A stretch of DNA of 64,000 bases from Octopus vulgaris (taxonomy: Eukaryota), in assembly GCA_951406725.2 (NCBI GenBank), contig OX597819.1, positions 40,796,001-40,860,000 on the forward strand, given 5' to 3'. Position numbers and translations under genes: made by a program. Numbering within the stretch: position 1 is the stretch's first letter; each line of letters begins with the position of its first letter. Shown in pieces: positions 39,316 through 53,793 of this stretch. Under the pieces are notes generated by a model. It was not told the DNA's origin, made no database searches, and saw only the letters and a program-made list of their open reading frames with translations.

Positions 39316-42284
39316 AACTAGACTATTGGCAAAAAGCTTCGCCGAGTGTTTATATCACAAAGTTAGCAACAAAAAGTGGACCAATCACTCCATAGCAGTA
39401 AAAAGGGACTTCAAGGGGATACCGATCATGGTTAGCATTATATTATCATAAACTAAATCCTTCGTATGTGTACATCCCGGAGAACTACGGTTTATTGTAA
39501 GCTTGCACTCGATGTCCAGGGTGTAATATTTAGTGAACTTTAAGAGTTATACGAAACTGTAAGCTTACAAAAAAAAAAAAAAAAAAAACTACAACGTCTT
39601 TTACAAAAAAACAAAGCAATTTTTTATAAAGATTCTTCTATAACCAATGACAGAATATCTTACACGAATTTATTTCACTGAAGTAAATTGGATTTTAAAA
39701 CAGGGACCAAAGTCCTTTCTTCACTTCTTGTTCTGTTCAAATAATCACAGCTTTTATAGAAACACCGAATTCGTATTGATTAAAATAAACATTTTGCTGT
39801 CTCAACAGAGAGGAGCGGAAAATTCGAATCCATTCTACTTTAAAGTCGAAATAAGAAGGTATCGGCCATAGACTCACAAATACCAACACTTCTGAAAGCT
39901 CAGACGTTGTTAACAGGAAAAGGAAAAATAACGATTATTTAGCTAGGTTTGGGTATTTTAACAGATAGTGAAGGAGTTTTTGTTTATGGCTTCAATGCAA
40001 CACGTGTCGGTAGCAGATCGGGAAGATACGAACCAGAAATCACATATCCTATTCATGTGATCACTGTGTTTCATATATATTTCCAGATAATGGTACTTAT
40101 AGAAAAAAGAAAGTAGTAAGTCATAATCTATTTCTTTATTACCCACATGGGGCTAAACACAGAGGGGACAAACAAGGACAGACAAACGGTAAGTCGATTA
40201 CATCGACCCCAGTGCGTAACTGGTACTTAATTTATCGACCCCGAAAGGATGAAAGGCAAAGTCGACCTCGGCGGAATTTGAACTCAGAACGTAGCGGCAG
40301 ACGAAATACGGCTATGCATTTCGCCCGGCGTGCTAACGTTTCTGCCAGCTCGCAGTAAGTCATAATCATTAAATGCTAACTTCAACATTCGCTCATCCGG
40401 TTAAGCAAAGCAGGTGAAAATCCAAACCCGCTATCTTCATTTCGGTCAAGAATTTTGGGTAGTGACCGAAAGAGTATTAATACGAAAGCAAGCGACTGAA
40501 ATGATGTTCCTTTGAAGGTCATTGGAGTAACGTTACTTAATAACGTTTGTACCTAGGAAATCAAGAAGTCACTTCACCTTAAGAGATGACGGCATATATT
40601 TCTTTATTACCCACAAGGGGCTAAACACAGAGGGGACAAACAAGGACAGACAAACGGATTAAGCCGATTATATCGACCCCAGTACTTAATTGGTACTTAA
40701 CTGGTACTTAATTTATCGACCCCGAATGGATGAAAGGCGGAATTTGAACTCAGAACGTAGCGGCAGACGAAATACCACTAAGCATTTCGCCCGGCGTGCT
40801 AACGTTTCTGCCAGCTCGCCGCCATAAGAGATGACAACATAGTACTGCAAGCTTGTGGCTGGAGTGTCCGAGGAAAGACTTGTAGGTCAGATTCTGGGGA
40901 GACCTTGGGGATAGATAACCAGCGAGATGGTTGGATATTCATAACCAGTTTATCTCACTTGGGGATGCAGCCAGATGATTTTCTGTCGGTTACTTTTGAT
41001 AGGACCCTCTGGAGAGCGTGTGTGAAGGCCTCTACCCCACGATCCTTACAGGAAATAGTGGGTTATGAAAATGAAGACATGACTGTTCATCAAGCATTTC
41101 CAAAGAGCATTAAAGCCGTAGAAATCACAAGAACAGCTCTGTGTGATAATGTTATGGGTATATTGTGGTGCAAATTGGGTACAAATCTGTAGCTATATTG
41201 TAAGACTGCAAACGCCAAACAGTTTAAAAGTGGAATAAATTATTTTTCTGTGATGGAGAAGATTTTGTAACGGCTTAGTTAGATGAGGAAGGGCTCTGCC
41301 CATGATATTTTTCCGGACGTCTATGACTAGTAGGAAGAGGAGAATAAATTATCCCCAAACAGAAAACTTGGCTTCAATACGTGCAACAGCTTAATTTATG
41401 CTGCAGGCACACAAAGACCAGGTGATGTATTAATCTGTCTGGTCTTTGGGCAACTCTCCTTCTGTATAGAGATCTTCACTATCTAATTACGCCGACTTAG
41501 TTAAACTTATATTATGTTGATGAGAGCTAATAGACTGAAACATGTTCATGTTTATCCCTTACGGGCAAGCTAAAATCATACTTTCTTTCCTCTAAGCATG
41601 TAAATAAATTTCGTGAGAGTAATTCTTGACGCTTTGAAATTGTCTCCCCTTTTCTCTGAGCGTTGCCAGAAACTTGTACAAGGTTCAAATTTCCTTTCTC
41701 ATCTAAAGAGAGTCATTATAATTAATTTATTAATTTAAATTTTGCAAATGGTATTTGGTACCTCCTTCCTCAACTTCTTTATTCAAATTTACGCTATAGT
41801 GAATTTGGATAAATAAGTAGTAGTAGATGTGGATATCATTTGCTCTTCAATTGTCCCACTGCAATGGGAAATAATAGCACATTGTATTCAACATATCTTT
41901 AATCCATGGTTGGGTGGTTAAGCAGCTCCCTTTCCAACGACGTGGTTTCGGATTCAGTTCCACTGCGCAGCACCTTGGGCAAGTGTCTCCAACTATAGCC
42001 TCTGGCCAAGTAATGCTTTTAAAGAGAATTTTGTTGATGGAAACCGTGTGCAAGTCCGTTGAGCACACACCGTTCCTAGCTTTGGGTTAAAAAAATACAG
42101 GAGGATCAATTAATTATAATTTTATTCTTCATATTCGCCTCTCAGATTCACACACTTATTGCAGTGGTCCTTCAGTTTCTCTATGCTCTGTAAAAGAACT
42201 CTGATGGTTAAGGCCTATAACCAGGTCTTTCGCCCCTTAAAGTCAGGAACTTTTCAGCACCCCATCGCACACACACACACGCGC

Positions 42285-42582
42285 ATGCATACTTATACAT
42301 ACATACACGCATACATGCATACATACATACATACATACATACATACATACACGCATACATACATACATACTTACATATATACATACATATATACATGCAT
42401 ACATGCATACATACATACATATATACATACATACACGCATACATGCATACATGCATATATACATACATGCATACATACATACATACATACATACATACAT
42501 GCATACATGCATACATACATACATACATGCATGCATACATACATACATGCATACATACATACATGCATACATACATACATAT

Positions 42583-42613
<31 letters not shown>

Positions 42614-42802
42614 CATACATGCATGCATGCATACATACATACATACATACATGCATACATACATACATATATACATGCATACATACATGCATACATACAT
42701 ACATACATACATACATACATACATACATACATGCATGCATGCATACATACATACATACATACATACATACATACATACATACATACATACATACATACAT
42801 AC

Positions 42803-42805
<3 letters not shown>
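42285..42805. repeat. Long degenerate (TACA/TGCA/TATA)n microsatellite
   Basis: Direct reading; many shorter (CA)n, (TA)n, (GA)n, (AAT)n and (AAC)n tracts occur throughout the window. Confidence 0.97.
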
Positions 42806-43723
<918 letters not shown>

Positions 43724-44944
43724 ATTTTGTATATATATATATATATATATATAACGGTAAGCTTTATGAAAATAGACAAAAGACGAAGGCAGGTGGAATA
43801 CAAACAAACAATTGTATTAGTATGGCGCTCAGGAAATATATGTGAGTTTATGTGTTTGTTTCCTCACAGTTTGACGGCCAGCGTTAGTCTGTCTACGCCC
43901 TTGTAACTTAGCAATTCAGTCTGAGAGACAGATAGAATATGTACCGAGACTTATAAAAAAAAAACAAGAACTGAAGTCGATTTGTGGACCAAAAAACCTT
44001 CAAGGTTGTGCTCCAGCATGGCCGCCGTCTAATGACCGAAGGGAGTAAAAAATAAAAGATAAATTTAAATCCAAAGTATATGAAATGTAATATACGATGT
44101 ACCAAGCTCTTATAGAATACAAAACAAAAAAAAACTTATTTTCCAAAATTCCCATTTTTAAGTAAACAAAATATATTCAATCGAAAATAAATAAACAGAA
44201 TAGAATAACAGAACACAAGACTCTTCACGCTCAATGTACACATTGTCTGAATTCTAACAAAATTGAAAGCATTTACTTCAAGAAATGTGTAGAAACATAA
44301 AAAGGATAAGAAGTACGTTTGAATGACTAGCCTTCGGCGCCATAATTCTCTTGGACCTTCAACGGCCAGAGAAAGTTCAAAAGGTCAGCTCATTCTCATT
44401 GATATGTAAGTGCAGAGAAGAAAACAAAAGACTTTAAATTTAAATTTCAAAATGCCGATTTTTCTGCGACTAAAAATTCTTCAAGTCGGTGCCCCAGCAT
44501 GGCCGCAGCCACAAGTAAAGATGTAAAAAAAATTCTGGCATCGAAACATTCGACTAAGAATTCTTCAAGGTGTTGCCCCAGCATGGCCGCAGTCTAATAA
44601 CTGCAGCAAGTAAAATAAAAAAAAAAATTCTGGCGTCGGTACGTTCAACTAAAAAATCTTCAACTGAAAAATATAACCGTGGGGCTTTTGTCTACTTTTA
44701 CACCTCAGCTATGGGTCTTTTGTCTTAGGAGGCTTTTGTCCTTTCAGAAATGTATAATGTAATGTATAAATAAATTAGGTCATCTATTCTAGTTGTAAAC
44801 TATAGTTTCAACATAGTTTGTAAGTGAAAGCATTCCGAAGCCATAACCAAGTCAGAACAATTGATGATTGATTCTCAGAGAAGTGGAGGTGCTGATGTGT
44901 GTAGACGCGCGTGTGAATGTGTGATTTGGTGACAAGAAGAGGTA

Positions 44945-44983
<39 letters not shown>

Positions 44984-45544
44984 TTTAGGTGGTTGATTTA
45001 CAGGCAAGAAGTAATAGTGTATATGGTATTTAAGGGATTGATTCAGAGACACGTAGCCAAACAATTTCACAAAGTTACGAAAATATGGATATTGTGGAAG
45101 GTTGCATGATATTCTGTGAAGCTATTGAGAAATATATGTAGATGTTTAATGACCTATAAAAAAAGAAAAAAAACTCACAAAACAGAATTATTTTGCTGAT
45201 TTATAATGTTGAAGGAAACGGGCTATTTTGTTCCCACGTGGAACTTTAACTAGTGAAAATGAAATAATTTCTACTGGATTGAAACTGAATGAAGGTAGTC
45301 TTACAGCGTTTGTTTCAAAATACAATTAACTGCATTGTAACGCGCAAATGCTGTTTTATAGGGCTGAGTTTCCAGAATATTGGAATATTTGACAAGTCGG
45401 TGTATTACATAGATGTAACAGAACTGAATTAGTGTAATTGTATTCATGCATACACACACACACATACAAACATGCATGCATGCATACATACATACATACA
45501 TAAACATACATATATGTATATAAGCATACATACGTACATATATA

Positions 45545-46046
45545 TAACTAATACCAATTATTACTTTTTAATTCACTATAACTAAGCTGTATCCCATCTA
45601 ACAGCTGTTTCTGCTTCCAGTGTTATACGGTATTACCACTGAAAAATGGTGAAAATAATATTCATTATATTTTGTATTACAGCCGATCTGGAACATGGAG
45701 CTTCATCAGAGTGAAGAAAAATACATACATAAAAGAAAAGAAAAAAAGAAAAGAAAAGAAAAGAAGAGAAGCCCCGAGAAGACGATAAAAGACTTAATAT
45801 ATTTAAAAGAATTAAGCCTTTCATCTTTTTCTCGAGGCTTTTCTTTTCTTTCCTTTCTTTTCTGTATGTATTTTTCTTCAGTATGACGAAACTCCATGTT
45901 CCAGATCGGATGTATTACCAAATATGATGAATCTTATTTTTAGAGTTTTCAGTGGCAATACCGTATAACATTGGAAGCAGAAACAGCTGTTAGATGGGAT
46001 ACAGTGTATTTGTAGTGAATTAAAAAGTAATAATTGATGTTAGTCA
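45545..46046. repeat. Imperfect palindrome of about 500 bp (foldback/MITE-like)
   Basis: ctgtatcccatctaacagctgtttctgcttcca and ccgatctggaacatggag recur in reverse complement; arms meet near 45800. Confidence 0.88.
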
Positions 46047-46387
46047 ATTGTTGTTTGATCAATATTTCTCTATTTTCTGTGTACATTTAATTTGATTCTT
46101 GATAAACTCATGTTTATCTTTGCCACTGTCTGTAACCTATGAGCATAATACGCTTACACATGTATGTCCAAGATTAACATATGTAATTATACCGGTAGTA
46201 TAACGGATATTTTTATCCCTTAGACCGTTATTCCAACCTCTAACTCTAATAACCTATATATATGTATATATAAACACATATATATAAAAGTTTATTTATA
46301 TATATATATATATATATATGTAGGTCCCGGGTTGAGTCGGGGTTAACCACAGTAGATAAGGTACTCAATACATAGCAGAGTAAATTA

Positions 46388-46502
46388 ATTTATTTTATAG
46401 AAGGAGCTTCTACAGGACTAGAACTGTTTCATTCAAAAGAAATCATCGATTTCTTTTGAATGAAACAGTTCTAGTCCTGTAGAAGCTCCTTCTATAAAAT
46501 AA

Positions 46503-46504
<2 letters not shown>
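46388..46504. repeat. Perfect hairpin, 57-bp arms and 3-nt loop
   Basis: 46388-46444 is the reverse complement of 46448-46504. Confidence 0.95.
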
Positions 46505-46589
<85 letters not shown>

Positions 46590-46642
46590 CATATATATAT
46601 ATATACATATATATATACATACATACATATATATACATACAT

Positions 46643-46721
<79 letters not shown>

Positions 46722-47071
46722 AACATTACCATTTTTTACCCCTCTGCGAAAAGATCTCAGAATTTTAATTGATTTGCTTTTCGCAGGAAGGAAAGTTTCT
46801 TGTCGAAGATACGTCTCGCTTTCACCTTCGAAACGTAGAGTAGATGAAACCATAGCGACTGAAGAAGGGTTTTTTTCTTTGTGTTAATTGTCCTGTACTC
46901 TATTTTTTTGTTGTTTAAAAAAATGTCCAGTTCCTTGGGTTTGTGTCTATGTTTTCGTTTCTCATTGTGTTCGACGTCTTTTTGGTGTCCTGTACTCATA
47001 TATGCGTGTATATGTACATGTAGAGGTAGGTACGTACATATATGTTTATATATATGCATATGTTTTATTTA

Positions 47072-47178
<107 letters not shown>

Positions 47179-47699
47179 AAATATATATATATATAAATAA
47201 ATAAACATACACACACATATCAACTACATATGTGGGAAATTCTGTCTATGAGTGTGTTTGTTAGCTAACTCCTCCTACATCATTTTATCATATTTGGAAA
47301 CCTCATGGCATATTCAGATTGTTGAAAAAAAAAATCGATAACAGAGCCCCTGGAAGGGATCCTTATATGTAACTAATACATTTTATTTTAACAGCCAAGG
47401 GAAATAACCCAATCATTTTCCTATATTATTTGGTACAAATTAAATTGAGTATGCTTATTTTTTAGCATTTGAACTGTTAGAGTTATTTCACAATTTATCC
47501 AGTACAACCATTAAACAAATAAATAGTATTTTCCTAAACAATAGATCCACTTATTTAGGTTGCTGACTTATTCACGTATATACCATGGATGACGATGCCT
47601 TTGATGTCACTTCAGCCAATTGACAAGCACTGCATGAAGAACTGTTCTGCTTTTAGACAAATGCACTGTCAATACAAAGGTCACACTCTGTTTACATGT

Positions 47700-50492
47700 A
47701 GGAACACCTTAAAATCTATCTGTACATCTTGAAAATGCCACCATATATATTTCATAGAAGACAATGTTCGAAACGTATTTCTGAATCCACCAGAAACCAT
47801 TTTAACATCTTTCTTCAAATTATGCCAATGTGATATGTTTGCCCGAACACTGTTGTATGTAGAGGTCCCCGTGTACTATACCTGGGCACATAATAGATGG
47901 AACAGAAGCAAGCAAGGAACACGCATTGAGGGCTGGGAAGAAGATGCTGTCTTCAGAAGTGAGGCCATCGTGAGGGGGTGCACACTGGGCACCCTAATCA
48001 GCAGGAGTGTTTCTTTCTGCATCTACTACTACCTACACACTGTCAGAGGTCCTACATCATTCACAGACTTTCGAAGACACAATGGAAAGTGTGCACAACC
48101 TATAGAGAAGCCTGCGCCAAACATGGACTACTGGAGGACGATGTTCACTATGACCAGACACTGGAGGAGGCAGCAGTCAGCAGTCAGCACAGCACTAAGT
48201 CAACTGCACCAGCTATTTTCTATCATGTTGATTACATGTGGCTTGCGTGAACTTCACAAGCTTTGGCTGATCCACAAGACCAGCATGGCAGAGGACATCT
48301 AGAAAGGATTCAAAGGCAAGCCTCAGCGGAAATTGCACGTTCAGTAACGCCATTTACAATGAAGCATTACTTGACCTGGACGCCCGAGTGCAAGCTATGG
48401 GAGGTCAAGGCATTGCCACATTTGGTCTGCCTTAATCGGAGCAGACAGCAAACAATCTCGCAATTGAGTAACTGCGAGAAATCAGCTATGACATCGAGGA
48501 AATGACGGCGTATATCGCTGACAAAGAACACAACTGGGTGTTTATAACACCATTATTTCGAGCATTGAAAATGAAAGAGGTCTTTTCTTTTTTGATGCTC
48601 CATGTGAAACTGGCAAAACATTAGTCATCAACCTTCTTCTGGCTAAACTGCGCTAAATGAAACACATTACCATAGCAGTGGCGTCAAGTGGCATGGCTGC
48701 AACTCTGCTAAGTGGTGGCACCACAGCTCATTCCTATTTCAAACTCCTTTTAGACCTTTCCAAGAAAAAGAACGCAAACTGCAACATCAGTCGGGGTTCT
48801 ATAAAAGGCAAACTTCTGGGTGAATGCAGGTTGGTCATCTGGGATGAAGCGACAATGTACCATAAGGTTTCCTTTGAAGCTCTTGACATGTCCCTACAGG
48901 ATCTGAGATACAACACCAGGCTCATGGGAAGTGCCACAGTCTTGCTTGCATGAGACTTTATACAAATTCTTCCGGTGGTTTCAAAGGGGACAAGAACTGA
49001 TAAGTAAATGCCAGCATAAAGTCATTCTACCTATGGAGCAGTGTGCAAAATCTAAGACTCACAACCAACATGAAAGTGCAACTCAGTGGTGATGATGCAG
49101 ACAAAACCTTTTCAAAGCAACTGTTGGACGTTGGTGATGGCACTTCGGTTGACGAAATACTGATGGATGGGTAAACTTGCCTTTTGGACATATGGTATCT
49201 GATTTAAAGGAACTAATGAACAAGGTGTTTCCTAACCAGAGGAACCAGTTTATATACCACAACTAGCTGAAAATCCGTGCCATTTTAGTGCTAAAGAATG
49301 TGGGAGTTGATGATTTGAACTTTAAACTTCTAGAAAATTTGCCAGGCGAGCGTCACATCAACAATTCCATTGACACTATACTGAACATCGATGAAGCTAT
49401 GAATTATCCAGTTGAATTCTTGAATAGTCTAACACCACCTAGCATCCCACCTCACAACTTGCACCTCAAGATTGGGGCACCAGCTATGCTGCTTCGAAAC
49501 CTCGATCCACCAAAATGTTGCAATGATACACGACTTATAATAAAGATGATTCCAACAATTCTGGAGATAACATTTTTTTACTGGTAAAGCAAGCGGTGAG
49601 CCTGTATTCCTTCCAAGAATTTCACTTATTCCCTTGGATATGCCTTTCCAGTACAAGCGCCTGCAATTCCCGTTGAAACTGAGCTTTGCAATGAGCATTA
49701 ACAAGGTTCAGGGACAGTCCTTGAATGTGGTAGGTCTGAACCTTGCGGAACCAGTTTTCTGCCATGGCCAACTTTATGTGGGATGCTCAAGAGTCGGTAA
49801 TCCTAATCATTTGTTTATTTATGCCCCTCAAGGAAAGACCAAAGATGATGTTTATCAAGAAGCTCTGCAAACTTTAATAAGATTCACCAAACCATCAGGT
49901 ATTTATTATTTAACTGTAATATTTGTAAGTATTGTAAGTGTATTGATAATCTACATGTTATTTTATTTTTAAATCTATATACAAATTTATTTGTATGCCT
50001 ACTGTAAAACTAATGTCAGTCTGTTACTACATTCATTGTAAATCTATTTCAACATTAGTGCCCCTGGGGGTAATATTCTCTGGGAACGCACAAAAGCCCT
50101 TTTCAGGGTTATTTACTTTGAATTGTTATTATCTTATATCTGATTAGCCTATTATTACGTAACATACTTCACGATTTTAGTATACGTACCTTATTGCTAT
50201 TTACTCTTGAGTTCTATATACTCTGGGAACGCTTTATTCGAATTCTTACTATCGGGTAACTAATTTCATGTTACTACATAACTGACGTCACAATTTGGGT
50301 ATTCATAACTTATTAGGAATTCCTTAAAACAAGATTCTGTGTAAGACAGTTCGGTATTCTCTGTAAATGCACAAAAACCATTTTAAGGGCTACATATCTT
50401 GTATTCTTGTTATTGGATTAGCGAAACAATTATGAGAACAGAACCAAGGGATAAGCCCCGCTTTTCCGGGAATTACCGGGAACGTCAGATAG
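47700..50492 (+). mobile_element. Decayed autonomous Helitron (Rep C-terminus plus Pif1 helicase)
   Basis: VRGPTSF, DAP..TGKT, AVASSGMAATLLSGGTTAHS, IWDEATM, QILPVV, LTTNMK, YPVEFLNSL, LQFPLKLSFAMSINKVQGQSL, HGQLYVGCSRV; degenerate 3' hairpin ccgggaattaccggg...gatag|t. Confidence 0.92.
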
Positions 50493-50721
50493 TATATATA
50501 TATATATACTATGGAAAAGTTGTCTTTTAGTATGTGACCTCGTCTGTATCACTAGCGATTTTTTTCCCCTGTCTTCCCTTCTCCTATGTTTCCGACGAAG
50601 AGCTCTGCTCGAAACGTCAAACCCTCCTTCTTCCCTTCTTTCCTGAGCGTCCAATAATACTTTATTTGTTCCACGGTCTTGCGTTGTGTTTTTTTTTGTT
50701 TTTGTTTTCTTGTTTGGATTA

Positions 50722-50835
<114 letters not shown>

Positions 50836-51131
50836 GAGGCGCAATGGCCCAGTGGTTAGGGTAGCGGACTCGCAGTCGGATGATCGCGGTTTCGATTCCC
50901 AGACCGCGCGTTGTGTGCGTTTATTGGGCGAAAACACCTAAAGCTCCACGAGTCTTCGGCAGGGGGTGGTGGTGACCCCTGTTGTACTCTTTCGCCCCAA
51001 ATTTCTCTCACTCTTTCTTCTTGTTTCTTGAGTAACGCTGCGATGGACTGGCGTCCCGTCCAGCTGGGGGGAACACATACGCCACAGAAACCGGAAAACC
51101 GGGCCCATGAGCCTGGTTGGGCTTGAAAAGG

Positions 51132-51220
<89 letters not shown>

Positions 51221-51224
<4 letters not shown>

Positions 51225-51830
51225 ACGCCCCCACTCAGACCCAAGGCCTTCCGATTCCACCACGGGCCCTAAGTAGCGACGATGACACTCAGTAAACCGG
51301 AAATCCATCACACGAAGTGGGGAAGGCGGCGAACGGAGCCAGGAAACAACACAACAACAAAAGAAGAGACACAGGCGGAAGTTGCGTAATTCAAACAATT
51401 TATTTTAAAAACAAAACCAAAGCATTCACAACAAAGGTTAACAAATCGTGTACAGAGTTCGAAGAACAAATCATTTGCATTTAAACATAATACAGAGTTC
51501 GAAAAACAAACCATTTAACATTTGACACAATACAGTTCGATTTTTCACGACAAATCATTTTACATTTAACACAAATTTCATAATCAACAGTCTCTTAGAG
51601 CTTCACTTTCCTCTTTTTTTTTCTCAACACGACAGTTCTCAATAAGTTCCTTTTACTTTTAAAAACATTTCCAAGTTCTTTTTTTTCTTCCTTTTCTTTT
51701 CTCTTAAAAACAGCCAACAACACGCTCTTTTTTTTTCTTTTCAACGGTTACGTCGGAGCCTCTCTCTTTTTTTCATTTCAACGGCACATCGTCTCTTTTC
51801 TTTTTTTTTTAGACATTAAAATTTAAACAC
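51221..51830. mobile_element. Possible LTR-derived fragment inserted in (TA)n
   Basis: Starts TGTTAC, ends near ...AACA; three degenerate internal repeats of about 45 bp at 51450-51575; no coding motifs. Confidence 0.3.
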
Positions 51831-51891
51831 ACACATATATATATATATATGGAATAGTTAGCATAAAGCATTGTGTGGAATATATTATATA

Positions 51892-52155
51892 AAAACAGCT
51901 ATATGAATTAATGGTGACTTAGCCTGCATTCAATAATTCAGGTTTATGACCCCTTCTTCATAAATTAGCGAATGTTGCAGATGTACATGCGTGTGAGGTT
52001 ATGGGCTCACATACTCATACACATGTACATCTCTAATTTTCGTTAATTCCTGAGGAGGTTTACATTTGCAAAATTCGCTAATTTCTGAAGAAGGAGGTCA
52101 TAACCATGAAATACTGAATGCAGGGTAAATCACCATTAATTCACATGTCTGTTTT
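51892..52155. repeat. Imperfect inverted repeat with about 100-bp arms
   Basis: tgaattaatggtga...cctgcattca...aaattagcgaat mirrored at 52060-52155. Confidence 0.8.
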
Positions 52156-52224
52156 CTTGTGATTTGCCTTGGATTATCTCGCATTGTTCTGGCCTTACCC
52201 ATAAATTTTATATAATATGCATAT

Positions 52225-52502
52225 TGTTATGTTTTAATACAGACTTATCTATCTGAAAACTCGTCTAACCTGTTTAACTCTTCCAGCCAGTTCAGCTATA
52301 ACGGAGTGAACATCTGAGCAATATATACTAAAAAATACACGCTGATTAAAGCAGAACCCAAAAATCAACATGCAAAACAAAGTAGTATGTAAATTATTTG
52401 TGCAAATTAACAAAATACAAATACATTTACTAAACAAGGCAAAAGTCACCAAATTTAGTTCGATACCTAGTCAGAACAGAACTGAATTAGAGCAATATAA
52501 CA
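52225..52502 (-). repeat. 3' LTR of the Gypsy element (278 bp)
   Basis: TGTTAT...ATAACA inverted ends; polypurine tract at 52503-52509; first 26 bp recur at 56803-56828. Confidence 0.8.
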
Positions 52503-53470
52503 CCTCCCCAACTAGTATGGAATATAAAACGCAAATTACACAGTATCACAACAAAATTGAGTACAAATGAATCAGTATTGTGATACATAATAATCCGGAG
52601 GTTTTCTTCGTCTCGTTGATCTTCTTGGATGTTGACGGCTGTATTCTGGAGTTGAGTTATTGTCGCTAGGTGGTAACGATGAGCTAACAGGTTCTTTAGG
52701 AGCAGACTCGTCTATAACTTGAGGTTCTGAATCACGGAAAGAAGGTGTATCTCCCGGCTCTTGGTCATCTTCCGAAGAATATCGGGGTTGCAATTGTTCT
52801 AGATAACGTCCCCAATTGGGACCTCTAGGTACAACTTGAACATGAAACATTCGTGTTCCTTGTTTCTTCACAACTATAGCTGGAACCCAACGTGGATCTT
52901 GGTTTCCCCTTGGTCCAAAATACAGAGCATAGCATGGATCACCGACTTGAAATCGATTGGAAGTTTTAAGTACATCTCTCTCAGTAGTCCTTTTCAATTT
53001 GGATTGGGTCAAGTGAACTGGAGATGGAAGCAAGACGTCAATCTTGTGCGTAATTGACGACTGTTGAGTAATTCACTTGGTGAGTAGCCACTAGTGGTAG
53101 GTGTTCTCCTGGATTGCATCGAGAATTCTAGCAAAGCTTCTTTAGGTGTTTTGGAAGACTTTTGTGACGCTTGCTTGAAAGTTTGAATCAAGCGCTCAGT
53201 AGCTCCGTCCGTTGAAGGGTGATAGGGAACTCCCGTTAGATGAACAGTACTTCTCTCCTTACAGTTTTACTTGTTTCAGTCATTTGACTGTGGCCATGCT
53301 GGAGTACCGCCTTTAGTCAAGCAAATCGACCCCGGGATTTATTCTTTGTAAGCCTAGTACTTATTCTATCGGTCTCTTTTGGCAAACCACTAAGTTACGG
53401 GGACGTAAACACATCAGCATCGGTTGTCAAGCGATGTTTGGGCGACAAACACAGACACACAAACATATAA

Positions 53471-53521
<51 letters not shown>

Positions 53522-53695
53522 TACATATATACTACTGGCTTCTTTCAGTTTCCGTCTATCAAATCCACTCAGAAGGCTTTGGTCGGCCCGAGGCTATAGT
53601 AGAAGACACTTGCCCAAGGTGCCACGCAGTGGGACTGAGCCCGGAACCATGTGGTTGGTAAGCAAGCTACTTACCACACAGCCACTCCTGAACCT

Positions 53696-53793
53696 AAAAG
53701 AATATGGAATGCTTTACGAATTTGTGTGTCATCCTTGCGCAGGGGCCATGTTAATCTTCTCTGTATCGTTCCAATTTTAGAATAGGTACCGCC
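53696..53793 (-). pseudogene. U6: U6 snRNA retrocopy lacking about the first 11 nt
   Basis: Reverse complement reads ggcggtacctattctaaaattggaacgatacagagaagattaacatggcccctgcgcaaggatgacacacaaattcgtaaagcattccatattctttt; ACAGAGA box intact, AGC triad mutated to AAC; lies inside a Gypsy integrase, so it has no native promoter. Confidence 0.95.

Noticed and set aside
44455-44665. Spaced direct repeats resembling a CRISPR array
   Set aside because: Three degenerate tandem copies of a SINE tail (cttcaag...gccccagcatggccgcag); eukaryotic context, no unique spacers, no cas genes
48657-49972. Host PIF1 helicase gene
   Set aside because: Intronless with many stops and frameshifts, preceded by Helitron Rep motifs and followed by a Helitron-type end
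53696-53793. Functional U6 gene
   Set aside because: 5' stem truncated, catalytic AGC mutated, and embedded in integrase sequence with no upstream promoter
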